A DNA stretch of 64,000 nucleotides from a bacterium (GTDB lineage: Bacteria > Sumerlaeota > Sumerlaeia > SLMS01). This document shows positions 18,479-28,600 of the stretch, one piece after another. The translations under genes were made by a program, and so were the position numbers. Each line of letters starts with the position of its first letter. Within the stretch, counting starts at the first letter, position 1. The notes under the pieces were generated by a model that did not search any database, had not been told where the DNA came from, and saw nothing but the letters and a program-made list of their open reading frames with translations. The DNA lies in NCBI GenBank assembly GCA_016125005.1, contig WGMQ01000030.1, positions 101 to 64,100 on the forward strand, written 5' to 3'.

Positions 18479-19213
18479 ATGTTGTTGTCCTGCTCCCGTT
18501 CACTCTTGCTCATCGCCGCGGTCGTTGTTCCCGCCGCTTTCCTGACCACCTCCTGCAACAAGACCCAGGCCAAGCCCGAGGTTCGTCTTGCTCGCACCAC
18601 CGCCACGGGAACCGATGGCTCCCTGTCCACCAACCTGACCGCTGACGCCAATTCGGGCTTTGCCCCGGGCGCTGGCTGGAGCCCCACGGGCGCTCCGCCG
18701 GAAAGCTCCATCGGCAGCGACGGCACCATGAAGCTGGCGGGCAACACGCGCAGCGCCATGGACACGGCCAAGCTCGACGAGACCGGCTCGCTGGCCAACA
18801 CGGCCTCAACCGATGGGGTCGAGGGCGCCGAGTTCGCCTCCGAGCTCCAGATGGTCCACTTCGAGTACGACAGCGCCGAGATCGCCGAGGCGTGGAAGAC
18901 GACGCTGAACGAGCACGCCGCCTGGATCAACCAGCGCCCCGAAATGATGGTGCAGATCGAGGGTCACTGTGACGAGCGCGGTACCGAGGAGTACAACGTG
19001 TCGCTGGGTCAGCGCCGCGCCGACACGGTCCGCACCTATCTGGTCGAGCAGGGCGTGGATGCCAACCGTCTGTCGACGATCAGCTATGGCAAGATGCGTC
19101 CCCTGAGCTTCGACGCCACCGAGGAGGCCCACGGCCTCAATCGCCGCGCCATGTTCCTCGTGTACAAGAGCAACAACAATACGCTAGCGTCCGCCACCTC
19201 GACTGGTTTCTGA
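18479..19213 (+). CDS. OmpA/Pal-family peptidoglycan-associated lipoprotein
   Basis: MLLSCSRSLLLIAAVVVPAAFLTTSC has a lipobox. The C-terminal OmpA-like domain shows VHFEYDSAEI, EGHCDERGTEEYNVSLGQRRA and NRRAMF. Confidence 0.8.
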   Translation: MLLSCSRSLLLIAAVVVPAAFLTTSCNKTQAKPEVRLARTTATGTDGSLSTNLTADANSGFAPGAGWSPTGAPPESSIGSDGTMKLAGNTRSAMDTAKLDETGSLANTASTDGVEGAEFASELQMVHFEYDSAEIAEAWKTTLNEHAAWINQRPEMMVQIEGHCDERGTEEYNVSLGQRRADTVRTYLVEQGVDANRLSTISYGKMRPLSFDATEEAHGLNRRAMFLVYKSNNNTLASATSTGF

Positions 19214-19319
19214 TTCACCGGATTGTGCCAATAAACCCGGGCGGGTGACCAACCCGCCCGCACCTTTTACCTCCCTCCTCCCGCTCCCGCTCTCTCCAAC
19301 CGCCCAAGGGTCCCCGTCC

Positions 19320-19964
19320 ATGCTCAAGTCGCGCTATTTTGCCGTCACGTTTGGTCTTGTTGCAGTTCTCACGCTGTCCGCGGGATGCGGCAGCAAGAAG
19401 TCCCCGGAAACCCGCGGGACCTTTCCGAAGGAATCGGATATCAGCGCGGCCGACGCAGCAGCAGCCGCCGCAGCGGCCGATGCCTCCGCGAATGGTACTG
19501 TCCCCGATGCGGCCGGGCTTAACACCACGGACGCCACTACCCGCGCGCTCCCCTTCGATCCTGACACGCTTTCCATCTCCGAGCCCGCCGGCAAGTCCCT
19601 TGGCGAGTCGGGCGAAGCCATCCCCGAGCTGACGCCGGTCTATTTCGCCCTCGACAGCTACGATCTGGGCGACTCCGCCAAGACGCTGATCGGTCGTGCC
19701 GCCGGATACCTCAAGACGCACCAGGACCTCTACGTGGTGTTGCGTGGTCACTGCGACGACACGGGCACGGACGAGTACAACCTGGCGCTCGGTTCCCAGC
19801 GCGCCCAGGCGGTCCGCAAGCAGCTCATCGACGAGGGCATCGGCGCCATCCGCCTTGAGACCCTCAGCTTTGGCGAGTCCATGCCCGCCGTGGAGGGCAG
19901 CGACGAAGCAAGCCGCGCCCAGAACCGCCGCGTCGAGTTCTTCGTCTATACGATGAGCAAGTAA
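19320..19964 (+). CDS. pal: peptidoglycan-associated lipoprotein Pal-like
   Basis: MLKSRYFAVTFGLVAVLTLSAGC has a lipobox. The OmpA-like domain shows VYFALDSYDL, RGHCDDTGTDEYNLALGSQRA and NRRVEF. It is a tandem paralog of the preceding gene. Confidence 0.8.
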   Translation: MLKSRYFAVTFGLVAVLTLSAGCGSKKSPETRGTFPKESDISAADAAAAAAAADASANGTVPDAAGLNTTDATTRALPFDPDTLSISEPAGKSLGESGEAIPELTPVYFALDSYDLGDSAKTLIGRAAGYLKTHQDLYVVLRGHCDDTGTDEYNLALGSQRAQAVRKQLIDEGIGAIRLETLSFGESMPAVEGSDEASRAQNRRVEFFVYTMSK

Positions 19965-19988
19965 CGCAACCCACTCCATCAAGTCATC

Positions 19989-20021
19989 ACGGGCCGGGGC
20001 GGAGACGTCCCGGCCCGTTTG
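19989..20021 (+). terminator. GC-rich stem-loop after pal
   Basis: ACGGGCCGGG (19989-19998) pairs perfectly with CCCGGCCCGT (20009-20018) and the stem is extendable towards a GAGA loop. It is followed by TTTG, a short U tract. Confidence 0.55.
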
Positions 20022-20117
20022 CATGATCCGGGGAGGCTCAGTTTCCGGTTGGCCATGCCCCGCCGAGTGCGTTCCAATCAGCCCCGTCAACAGGACCCCA
20101 GAGAGGATTTCTCCACC

Positions 20118-21062
20118 ATGAGTGCTCGCAAAATCGCGTTCGTATTCCCCGGTCAGGGCTCGCAGGCGGTCGGCATGGGCCGCGACGCCGCCGAGCGCTC
20201 GGCGACCGCCGCCGGGCTCTTCGCCCAGGCCGACGCCACGCTGGGATACGGCCTGAAGGCCCTTTGCCTGGAGGGACCCGAGGACGAGCTCAAGAAGACG
20301 GAGAACACCCAGCCCGCGCTCTACGTCTCCAGCGCGGCGACGCTCGCGGTGCTGGCGGAAGCGGGCCTCTCCCCCGCCGCCGTGGCAGGGCACTCGCTCG
20401 GCGAATACACGGCGCTCTACGCGGCGGGATGCTTCGACTTTGCCACAGGCGCCAAGCTGGTCCGCACGCGCGGCGAGGCCTTCGCCAAGGCCGGTGCGGC
20501 GCGCCCCGGCGCCATGGCCGCCATCATGGGCCTGGACATCGCGCAGGTGCTGGCGGTGTGCGCCGCCGCCTCGACCGACGGCAAGGTGGCCGTGGCCGCC
20601 AATATCAACGACCCCGCCCAGATTGTGATCTCGGGCGATCCCGAGGCCATTGCCGCCGCCTGTGAAGGCGCGAAGGCCGCGGGCGCCAAGCGGGCGCTTC
20701 CCCTGCCTGTCAGCGGTGCGTTCCACTCGCCGCTTGTCGCTCCCGCCGCCGACACCATGCGCGTGGCGCTCGCCGCCGCCAACTTCACCGCACCGGCCTG
20801 TGCCTTCGTGAACAACGTCGATGCGGCGCTGCTGAGCGACCCCATCGCCATCAAGGACTCGCTGGTCCGTCAGGTGACCGGAAGCGTGCGCTGGGCGGAG
20901 ACCGTCGAGCGACTGGCTGCGTCCGGCATCACCGATTATGTCGAGGTAGGGAGCGGCAAGGTGCTCTCCGGCCTGATCCGTCGCATTCACAAGGAGGCGG
21001 TCTGCCACACGACGGAGAACGCCGCCGCGATCGACAAGACGCTGGAAGCCCTCAAGGCGTGA
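20118..21062 (+). CDS. fabD: malonyl-CoA:ACP transacylase
   Basis: Start moved to ATG 20118. IAFVFPGQGSQAVGMG, the GHSLGEY nucleophile elbow and GAFHSPL are present. Confidence 0.9.
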   Translation: MSARKIAFVFPGQGSQAVGMGRDAAERSATAAGLFAQADATLGYGLKALCLEGPEDELKKTENTQPALYVSSAATLAVLAEAGLSPAAVAGHSLGEYTALYAAGCFDFATGAKLVRTRGEAFAKAGAARPGAMAAIMGLDIAQVLAVCAAASTDGKVAVAANINDPAQIVISGDPEAIAAACEGAKAAGAKRALPLPVSGAFHSPLVAPAADTMRVALAAANFTAPACAFVNNVDAALLSDPIAIKDSLVRQVTGSVRWAETVERLAASGITDYVEVGSGKVLSGLIRRIHKEAVCHTTENAAAIDKTLEALKA

Positions 21063-21121
21063 GTGCTCCGACAAACCGCCCCACCCACCACACGGTCTCA
21101 TTTCCCGTGAGGATCGTTCGC

Positions 21122-22387
21122 ATGAAACAGTCGGTGGCACGCATCGCCGGGATGCTGATGACTTTGGGACTGCTGGCTGCCTCTGCCGGGGCGGCAGAGG
21201 ACGCCGGTCCGATGCTCGCGCCCGCTGCGGATGCGGCGTCACTGCCCAACAAGGGCAAGGGGACGCGCTTCGCGGAACCGGCTCTTGGCCCCGTCACCGC
21301 ACCGTGCGGCGGCATCACGCGCCAGCTCGTGATCCTGAACCCGCAACTGGTGCAGGGCGAGCCGTTGATGGCGCGCCTCGACCTGCGTTCCACCAGCGAG
21401 CCGGTCGCCGAGCGTCGCTTCAATGCACAGATGATTTTCAGCGGCGACCTGCGCGTGGCTGTCCAGCCACCGGGCCGCATCCCCCCGTATCAGTATCTGG
21501 GTGGGACGCTGGGCAGCGCCGTGCCCTCCATCTCGATGGACATGACGACGGTTCCGCGCACCCGTCTGGACATGGTGATGGCGGCGGACCGCGAGACCGT
21601 TTCGGGTGCTGCCTTCGATATGCCGGGCATCTATCGCCTCCGGATTTCGCTCCAGTGCAATTCATCGAGGGAAGAGGAGAGCGTTGCGCAGGAGCTCGGC
21701 CTCTTCGCCATCAAGGTGGCCCCGGCTCAGGGAGAGGATCTATCCGCGCTGAAATTGCTCGAAGGTGCCTACAACGCCTATCTCCCCCTTCAGGAGCGCA
21801 TTTCGCGCACCGGTAACGGACGTCCCGTTGCCACCCCTGAACAGCTCGCGGCCTACGAGAAGATTGTCCAGACCCTTCCCAAGGCGGTGCTCCGTCCCCA
21901 CTGCATGATTGTGCTCGCCGATCACTATGCCTATACGAAGGGATTGGAGAGCGGTCTGGCATTGCTGGATCAGATCGAACGCGAGTACCCAAGCACGCCG
22001 TTGGCTCAGGAAGCGATGGTGGTGCGCCACCGCCTGCTCCTGGCGCTCGACAAGGATAGTTCCGGCCGGATGAAGGCGAACTACCGTCGCCTCTGGATGG
22101 ATCCCACCATGACGACGCTGTTGCTGCCGAGTTCGGAGATCTTCAGCGAGTTCATCAAGGGCTACTACAAGCCGGTCGGCACGCAGTGGATGCTCTTTCA
22201 GGATCCGGGAGGTCCCGATCCAACTGGCACCGGCACTGATCCGGGACTGCGCATCGCGCTCTCCAAGGAAGTGCAGGAGCAGTTGGGATTGCCGGAGTTC
22301 GTCACCCCGGAGCAACTCAGCAACACGCCGATCAATCTCGGCTCGATGGTTCCCCAGCAGCCGGAGGCGTGGTCTCCCACGCCGTGA
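21122..22387 (+). CDS. hypothetical exported protein
   Basis: Start moved to ATG 21122. MKQSVARIAGMLMTLGLLAASAGAAED is a signal peptide. The C-terminal half is helical and TPR-like. No family recognised. Confidence 0.6.
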   Translation: MKQSVARIAGMLMTLGLLAASAGAAEDAGPMLAPAADAASLPNKGKGTRFAEPALGPVTAPCGGITRQLVILNPQLVQGEPLMARLDLRSTSEPVAERRFNAQMIFSGDLRVAVQPPGRIPPYQYLGGTLGSAVPSISMDMTTVPRTRLDMVMAADRETVSGAAFDMPGIYRLRISLQCNSSREEESVAQELGLFAIKVAPAQGEDLSALKLLEGAYNAYLPLQERISRTGNGRPVATPEQLAAYEKIVQTLPKAVLRPHCMIVLADHYAYTKGLESGLALLDQIEREYPSTPLAQEAMVVRHRLLLALDKDSSGRMKANYRRLWMDPTMTTLLLPSSEIFSEFIKGYYKPVGTQWMLFQDPGGPDPTGTGTDPGLRIALSKEVQEQLGLPEFVTPEQLSNTPINLGSMVPQQPEAWSPTP

Positions 22388-22871
22388 TGGCGAGGCGGAT
22401 CACGTCGCGCACCGGCAGGCCGATCGCCTGAGCGGCGCGGCGACAGTCCTCGAACTCCGGCATGGCCTTCAGGTCCGATCCATCCAACACCGCCACCTTC
22501 ACGCGGATGGAATGGCCGTTGACCTCCACCGTATCGAAGCGCCGCGGCAGGGCGTAGCGCTCAATGCGCCGCGCCTTGACGCCGAGCGTCGAGGTCTCCG
22601 TCAGCAGGAGTCTCAGGAATCGCTCGCGATGGTCGGGAAGGCACAACACCTCGATGCGGGTGCCGGGACGATTCTTCTTCATGAAGATGGGGGCCAGCGT
22701 CGCATCCAGCGCACCGGCCCCCAGCAGCGTTTCCACAAGCGCTCCGAGCACCTGCGGCGACTCGTCGTCGACGTCAGCCTGAAGCACGTCCAGTTGGGTC
22801 AGTTCCAGGTCCAGGGCACGTCTCCCTCGGTCAGGACTGGCTCTCCTGAGCCTTGCGCTGCAACTCTTCAA
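22332..22871 (-). pseudogene. stand-alone C-terminal portion of a LarC (DUF111) nickel-insertion protein
   Basis: VLQADVDDESPQVLGALVETLLGAGALDATLAPIFMKKNRPGTRIEVLC ... LGVKARRIERYALPRRF matches only the last ~150 aa of LarC. There is no ATG before FMKKNRPG. TTG 22871 would overlap pheA by 41 nt; GTG 22787 is an alternative. Confidence 0.5.
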
Positions 22872-23946
22872 GCTCCGCCGGGCTCTTGTCGCGCGGATAG
22901 CTCCCGAGGACGCGGATGGTCTCGACCACGCCCTTGAGGGTTTCCATCGCGCGCAGCAGTTGCTGGCTCGTGTGATGACCTTCCGTGTCCACGAAGAAGG
23001 CCTGCTCCCAAGCGCGCTTGCGGGTGGGGCGCGACTCGATCTTGCTCAGATTGATGCCGAGGTCGGAGAAGGGCTTGAGCACGCTGAGGAGCGCGCCGGG
23101 CCGATCCTTCACGCCAAACATCAGCGAGGTCTTGTCGTCGCCGCTGGGGCGCGAGTCGTTGAGGCTTAGCACAAGGAAGCGGGTCGTATTGTCGTCCACG
23201 TCCTCAATGCGCCGGGCCAGGATACGGAGCCCGTACTGCTCGGCAGCGAACTCGCTGCCGATGGCCGCGGCATTCGGCTCGTTCTTGGCGTCCAGCATGC
23301 CCTGCACCGTCGAGGCGACCTCGATGCACTCGGCGTTGGGCAGGTGTTCCTTCAGCCACTTGCCGCACTGGAGGAACGGCTGAGCGTGGCTGTAAATCTT
23401 CTTCACATCGCTCAGCGGACAAAGCCCGAGGAGCGAATGATGGATCGGAAGAAGGATCTCGCTGCAAATCCGGACCTTGGGATGTTCGAGGAACGAGTCA
23501 AGGGTGTCATGAACGATGCCGCCGGTGCTGTTCTCGACGGGCACCACGCCAAAATCGACCTCGCCCTCCTCGACGGCGCGGAAGACCTCGCGGTTGAGAC
23601 GATGAGCCAGGAACTCGACGGAGGAGCCGAACTCGCGGATGGCGGCCTGATGAGTGAAGGTGGCCTGCGGGCCGAGGAAGCCAACACGCAGGGACTTCTG
23701 CAGGTTGAGGCAGGCGCTGAGGACTTCGCGGAAGACGAACATCATGCCATCGCGTGGAAAGTGGCCGTTGCTGCGCTGGACCGCCCGGTGGAGCACCGCC
23801 TTCTGGCGGCCCGGATCGAACGTCGCCATTCCGATGTCGGCCTTGGAACGGCCCACCAGTTCGGCAATTTCCGCTCGGCGGTCGAGTAGGCGCACCAGTT
23901 CGAAATCGATCCCGTCGATTTCTTCGCGCAGCTTGAGAAGGTCCAT
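22831..23946 (-). CDS. pheA: bifunctional chorismate mutase / prephenate dehydratase (P-protein)
   Basis: Start moved to ATG 23946. MDLLKLREEIDGIDFELVRLLDRRAEIAELV is the CM_2 domain. It is followed by the PDT domain (VGFLGPQATFTHQAA, VPVENSTGG) and an ACT domain (TSLMFGVKDRPGALL). Confidence 0.9.
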   Translation of the reverse strand: MDLLKLREEIDGIDFELVRLLDRRAEIAELVGRSKADIGMATFDPGRQKAVLHRAVQRSNGHFPRDGMMFVFREVLSACLNLQKSLRVGFLGPQATFTHQAAIREFGSSVEFLAHRLNREVFRAVEEGEVDFGVVPVENSTGGIVHDTLDSFLEHPKVRICSEILLPIHHSLLGLCPLSDVKKIYSHAQPFLQCGKWLKEHLPNAECIEVASTVQGMLDAKNEPNAAAIGSEFAAEQYGLRILARRIEDVDDNTTRFLVLSLNDSRPSGDDKTSLMFGVKDRPGALLSVLKPFSDLGINLSKIESRPTRKRAWEQAFFVDTEGHHTSQQLLRAMETLKGVVETIRVLGSYPRDKSPAELEELQRKAQESQS

Positions 23947-24107
23947 CTGATGACAACCCTGTCTGGGGAGGATGGGGGCAGCAACCTGCCGGGGACTTGA
24001 TTGCTCCAAGCCCGCCTCCGGCGGCAAGCACTCAATTGAACCGGGGCGCCGAGAGCACCCCGCAATTACCGATTGAGAGCAGGCGCCCGGTACCGCCTGA
24101 TGGCGCC

Positions 24108-25580
24108 ATGAGTGATCCGAACCCGCCCAAATCATCCTCGCCCCCGGCTGCACCGGCGCGTCTCGCCCGCGCGGCAAAACTGGCGATCATCGCCCTCGGC
24201 GTGTACCTGCTGATCCTGAACGTCGCCGTTTTTGCGCTGATCCGCATCGCCTTCGAGGCGGTCGATAACGAGTCAGCCGAAAATCTGGAGCGCCTTGCCA
24301 AGCGCATGACCGAGCCCGCGCGCGACTACTTCTGGATCCTTCCGTACACGTGGGATCCGGTCACCAAGGGGGTCGACGAAAACAGCCTGGAGACCTATCG
24401 GCAGCTGGGCGATTGGCAGAATCTGGTGGATTCGCTCGCGAGCCTCGCCGCGGAGCCGCGCCTCGGTCACGCGGATCTGCTCACTCCCGGCGGCGAGATC
24501 CTGCTGACGTCAACGGGGGTGGTTCCGTCCGCCGAGAGCCGGCGCCGCTACCTTGCAGAGGATCATCTCGCCATCGAGACAGCGGCCCGAGGTGAGCCAT
24601 ACATATCCACCACCTCCCCCCGTCAGCCGGAGAAGCGCATCTACCAGCCCGTGCGGAGCCGGGAAGGGGATGTGGTGGCGATCCTCCGCCTGGAGGGTAC
24701 CGCGCCACGGGGGCTCATGACGGTTCGAAACCGTCTCTTCATCGGCTTCCTGGCGTCCTTCGCCATCCTCGTTTTCCTTTGGTGGTGGACGGTGCGACTT
24801 GTCCGCCGAACCATCGATGCGGAGCGCGCCGCGGCCCAGTCCGACCGGTTGAGGGCACTCGGCACCATGACCGCCGGCATCGCCCATGAGATTCGAAACC
24901 CTCTCGGAATCATCCACCTGCAGATCGAGGAGTTCCGGGCGCTTTCCAAGCACATCCCGGACGAGCGACAGCAGGCAGAGTTGCTGGCCATCGGCGACGA
25001 TCTGCTGAAGGAGACGCGCCGCCTAAAGGACCTGACCCAGAGCTTCCTCGACTTCACGCGCGCCAGTTCCGCGCTTAACAAAGATCGCAAGCTGATCGAC
25101 CTGGTGGCGGCCTCGCAGCGAACCGTCGCGCTGTGGAGCAAGGGGCTGGACCCAGCGCTGCGCACCATCCGCTTCGAGAGCCAACTCACCTCGGCTTCCA
25201 CGAGCTTCTCCGAGGATCGACTCCGCCAAATTTTCCTCAACCTGCTCCGCAACGCCGACGAGGCGATGGGGCGCGAGAAGGGAGCGATTACGGTTCAGCT
25301 GGAGCGCGCCGGCAACATGATCAGCATCACCGTTGCCGACACGGGACCAGGCATCGCCAAGGAGACATTGGAGCAGATCTTCGACCCGTTCTTCACGACG
25401 CGCGCGGAGGGAACCGGACTTGGACTGAGCGTGAGCCGCGCCCTCGCAGAGGCAGCAGGCGGGAGTCTGACGGCATCCTCGGAGCCCGGCAAAGGCGCAA
25501 CGTTCAGGCTTCTCCTTCCTGAAAAAGCCCGCGGGGAGGACGAGGATCGCTCCCCTTTCCCCCCCGCGAAGATCGTATAG
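24108..25580 (+). CDS. membrane sensor histidine kinase (no cognate regulator adjacent)
   Basis: Start moved to ATG 24108. It has two TM segments, the H-box AHEIRNPLGII, and LRNADEAM, DTGPGI and GTGLGLS ATPase boxes. Confidence 0.85.
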   Translation: MSDPNPPKSSSPPAAPARLARAAKLAIIALGVYLLILNVAVFALIRIAFEAVDNESAENLERLAKRMTEPARDYFWILPYTWDPVTKGVDENSLETYRQLGDWQNLVDSLASLAAEPRLGHADLLTPGGEILLTSTGVVPSAESRRRYLAEDHLAIETAARGEPYISTTSPRQPEKRIYQPVRSREGDVVAILRLEGTAPRGLMTVRNRLFIGFLASFAILVFLWWWTVRLVRRTIDAERAAAQSDRLRALGTMTAGIAHEIRNPLGIIHLQIEEFRALSKHIPDERQQAELLAIGDDLLKETRRLKDLTQSFLDFTRASSALNKDRKLIDLVAASQRTVALWSKGLDPALRTIRFESQLTSASTSFSEDRLRQIFLNLLRNADEAMGREKGAITVQLERAGNMISITVADTGPGIAKETLEQIFDPFFTTRAEGTGLGLSVSRALAEAAGGSLTASSEPGKGATFRLLLPEKARGEDEDRSPFPPAKIV

Positions 25581-25606
25581 ATTGCCAGCTTGCTGGCAAT
25601 CTATAC
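25575..25606. terminator. perfect 32-bp palindrome between convergent genes (bidirectional terminator candidate)
   Basis: GTATAGATTGCCAGC TT GCTGGCAATCTATAC has 15-bp arms. It overlaps the kinase stop codon (25578-25580) and ends 17 nt before the stop of the minus-strand gene. The outer 8 nt of each arm are a 1-mismatch variant of the abundant 8-mer. Confidence 0.6.
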
Positions 25607-25622
25607 ATCTATACCGGATTCG

Positions 25623-28600
25623 TCACAAGGTGCGTGACAGCTTCTTCAACTCTTCGACGATCAGTTCGGCGTGTTCCCAGCGATCTTCCTTCTTCTTCTG
25701 GAGACACTTGCTGACCGCCTCCCACAATCCGGGAGGAAGCCCTTCGATGGGGGTCGGCTCGCGGTGGATGTGCTGGTAGGCCAAGTCGCCTTCGGTGAAG
25801 GGAGGACGCCCATTGAGCAATTCGTAGAACATGATGCCGAAGGCGTAGATGTCCGCTCGATTGTCGACCGGGATACCCTGCACCTGCTCCGGTGACATGT
25901 AGAGCGGGGTGCCGATCACCGCGCCGATCATGGTGCCTTCACCCGCGCCGTCCATCAGCTTGGCGATGCCGAAGTCAGTCACCTTCACGTCGTCGCCGGA
26001 GGTGAGCATGATGTTGGCGGGCTTGATGTCGCGGTGCACGACGCCGACACGGTGGGCGTAGGCGAGCGCATCAGCGATCTGGATCGAGTACTTGAGCACG
26101 TCCTTGGTGGGCAGCTTGAAGTTCGGCGCGGACTTCATCTGGCGCTTGAGATCGCTGCCATCGACGTACTCCATGGAGATGTACTTGCGGCCCATTTCCT
26201 CGCCGATGTCGTGGATGCGGACGATATGCGGGTGGGAAAGCTTGCGGGCGTTGCGCGCCTCGATCTTGAAGCGACGAACGGCCTCGGGGTTGTTCGACAT
26301 GTTATCGGGCAGGATCTTGAGGGCGACGACTTCCTCGAGTTCCTTGTCGCGCGCACGGTACACGATACCCATCGCGCCGCGACCAAGTTCGTCCAGCAAC
26401 TCGTAGCGGCGGGCGGCCTCCTCGGACATTTGCTGCACGATGGAGGTCTTTTCGAAGGCCATCGGGTCCGACGTCGAGCCACTCAACATTTCGAAGCGGG
26501 TCTGCACGTCCTTGTAGTTGATGTCGGCCGCGAACAGCTGTCTATACACGGTCTTCGCGCCCACGAGGTCGCGCTTGGCCTCGTAGCGCTGGGCCAGGTC
26601 GTAGAGCAGTTCCTTCGTCTCGTCGTCCACGACGAGCTTCTTGAACTCCTGAAGGGCCAGGTCCAGCATCCCCTTGTTCGTGAAGCACTTGCCGAGCATC
26701 TTCGTCGACTCGGCCTCCCAGCGATAGTCCTGCGCGGTCTTCTGGAAGCAGCCAATCGCCTTGTCGAATTCCTGCTGGGCGAAGTAGAGGCGACCGAGCT
26801 TGAAGCGGGTCTCGGGGCTGTCCTTCTTGTCCAGCAACGCTGTATAGACAGTCGCCAGCTTCTCGATGACGACCGGCTCGGAGGGGCGCAGTTGATACGC
26901 CTTCTCCAGCATGCGGCAGGCATCGTCGAAGGCCGATGCGGCGAGGAGCATCTGCCCACGCATGAGCAGGGCCGTCAGGTTGTTGGCGTCCTTTGCGAGG
27001 ATCGACTCGAGCGCGCGGAGGATGTTGTTCTCCTGACCCGCGTGGCTCCGCCCGATGAAGTCGAGTTGCTCCAGCGCTTCGCGGAAGTACCCGAGCGAGA
27101 CGAGCAGTTCGACGAAGAACCAGCGCACGCGGAGCACCTCAGGGTACTCGTTGAGCAGCGTGGTGATGTGCCCCACGACGGCCTGGGGGTTCTCCGGGTT
27201 CACCTTGGCGGCCAGCTTGTAGCACTCGACAGCACGCACCAGGTCGTTGCGGCTGACGTAGACGCGCGCCATGGCCATCTGGAGCCGATCATTCTCGGGC
27301 TGGATTCCCAGCGCCTTGGCGTACAGCTTGGCGGCTTCCTCGTCTATACGCAGCTTCTGCCCATAGGCCAGCGCCAGGTTGACGAGCGCCTCGGGATCGT
27401 TGGCGTTGCGGCTGAGGATGCGCTGGTACTCCGCCACGGCCTCGTCGATCTTGTTGTCGTAGAGGGACGCAAGGGCGTTGAGACGCTGCAATTCGTCGTC
27501 GCCGGGGGCGACCTTGAGGAAGCGCTGGGTCACGCCGAGGGCGTTCTCGTAACGGTCCGCCTTGATGTAAGACTTGGCCAACTGACGCCCGGTCGCGATG
27601 TCGTCCTTGTAGTTGCGGAGGTGGTTTTCGTAGACGCTGATGCACTCGGCCTCGGTGCGATCCTGTGCGATGAGGACCCGCGCCAGCGCCGCCAGATACT
27701 CGGCGTTGTTTGGCTCGTGGCGGATGGCATCACGCAGCACGCGCTCAGCCTTGGGCTCAACGACCCGCAGCTTCACGTAGGCGTCGGCGAGCTGGGCGGT
27801 CAGCTTCTGGTTCACCTGTCCGCTATTGGCGAGCGCCTCAATGGAGCGGATCGCCAGATCGAAATTGGCCGTGAGTTGGGCGGCCTGGGCCAAGGCGCGC
27901 AACGTCGTCACGTCGCCGGGGTTGGCCTCGATGGAACGCTGGTAGATCTCGAGGGCCTCCTCGTCGTAGACACCGCGCTCGAAGAACACCGTGGCCAGCA
28001 TGCGAAGCAGGTCCTTGTCCTCGGGTCGCAGGCGCAGCGCGAGGCGGTAGGCGTGGAGACCCTCCTCGTCGCGGCGATTCTGCACCAGGCAGCACTGGGC
28101 CAGCATGAGGATCGCGGTCTGATCCTGCGGACTGACGCGGAGGGCGCTCTTCACCTCTTCGATGGCCTGACCGACCTGATTCTTCTGGAGCAGGATCGAG
28201 GCGAGGTGGAGGTACGCTGGGACGAAGTTCGAATTCAGGTCGAGCACCGCCTGGCAAAGGCTCTCCACCTGTGCATCGGACTTCTTTCCGTCTATACAGG
28301 CGAGCAGGTATGCCTCGAGGAACTCGCGGTCATCCAGGCGCGTCGGGTACTGCTGTTCGAAGACGGGGAGTGCCTTCGCCGTGAAGTTGCCGGTGCGTAT
28401 ATACGTCTCGCAGAGCGCACGATAGAGCGCCGGCGAGGTGACACCGCCGCGGAGGGCCGCACGCAGTCGCTTGCCCGCTTCCTCGTAGGCGCCAGCGGCC
28501 AAAGACACACGGCCGAGACCGTACTCGAGCAGGTGCGGCTCGGGAAAGCTGGCCATGGCCTTCTCGTAGATCGTGCCGGCTGCTGCCGTGGTGGTCGGTT

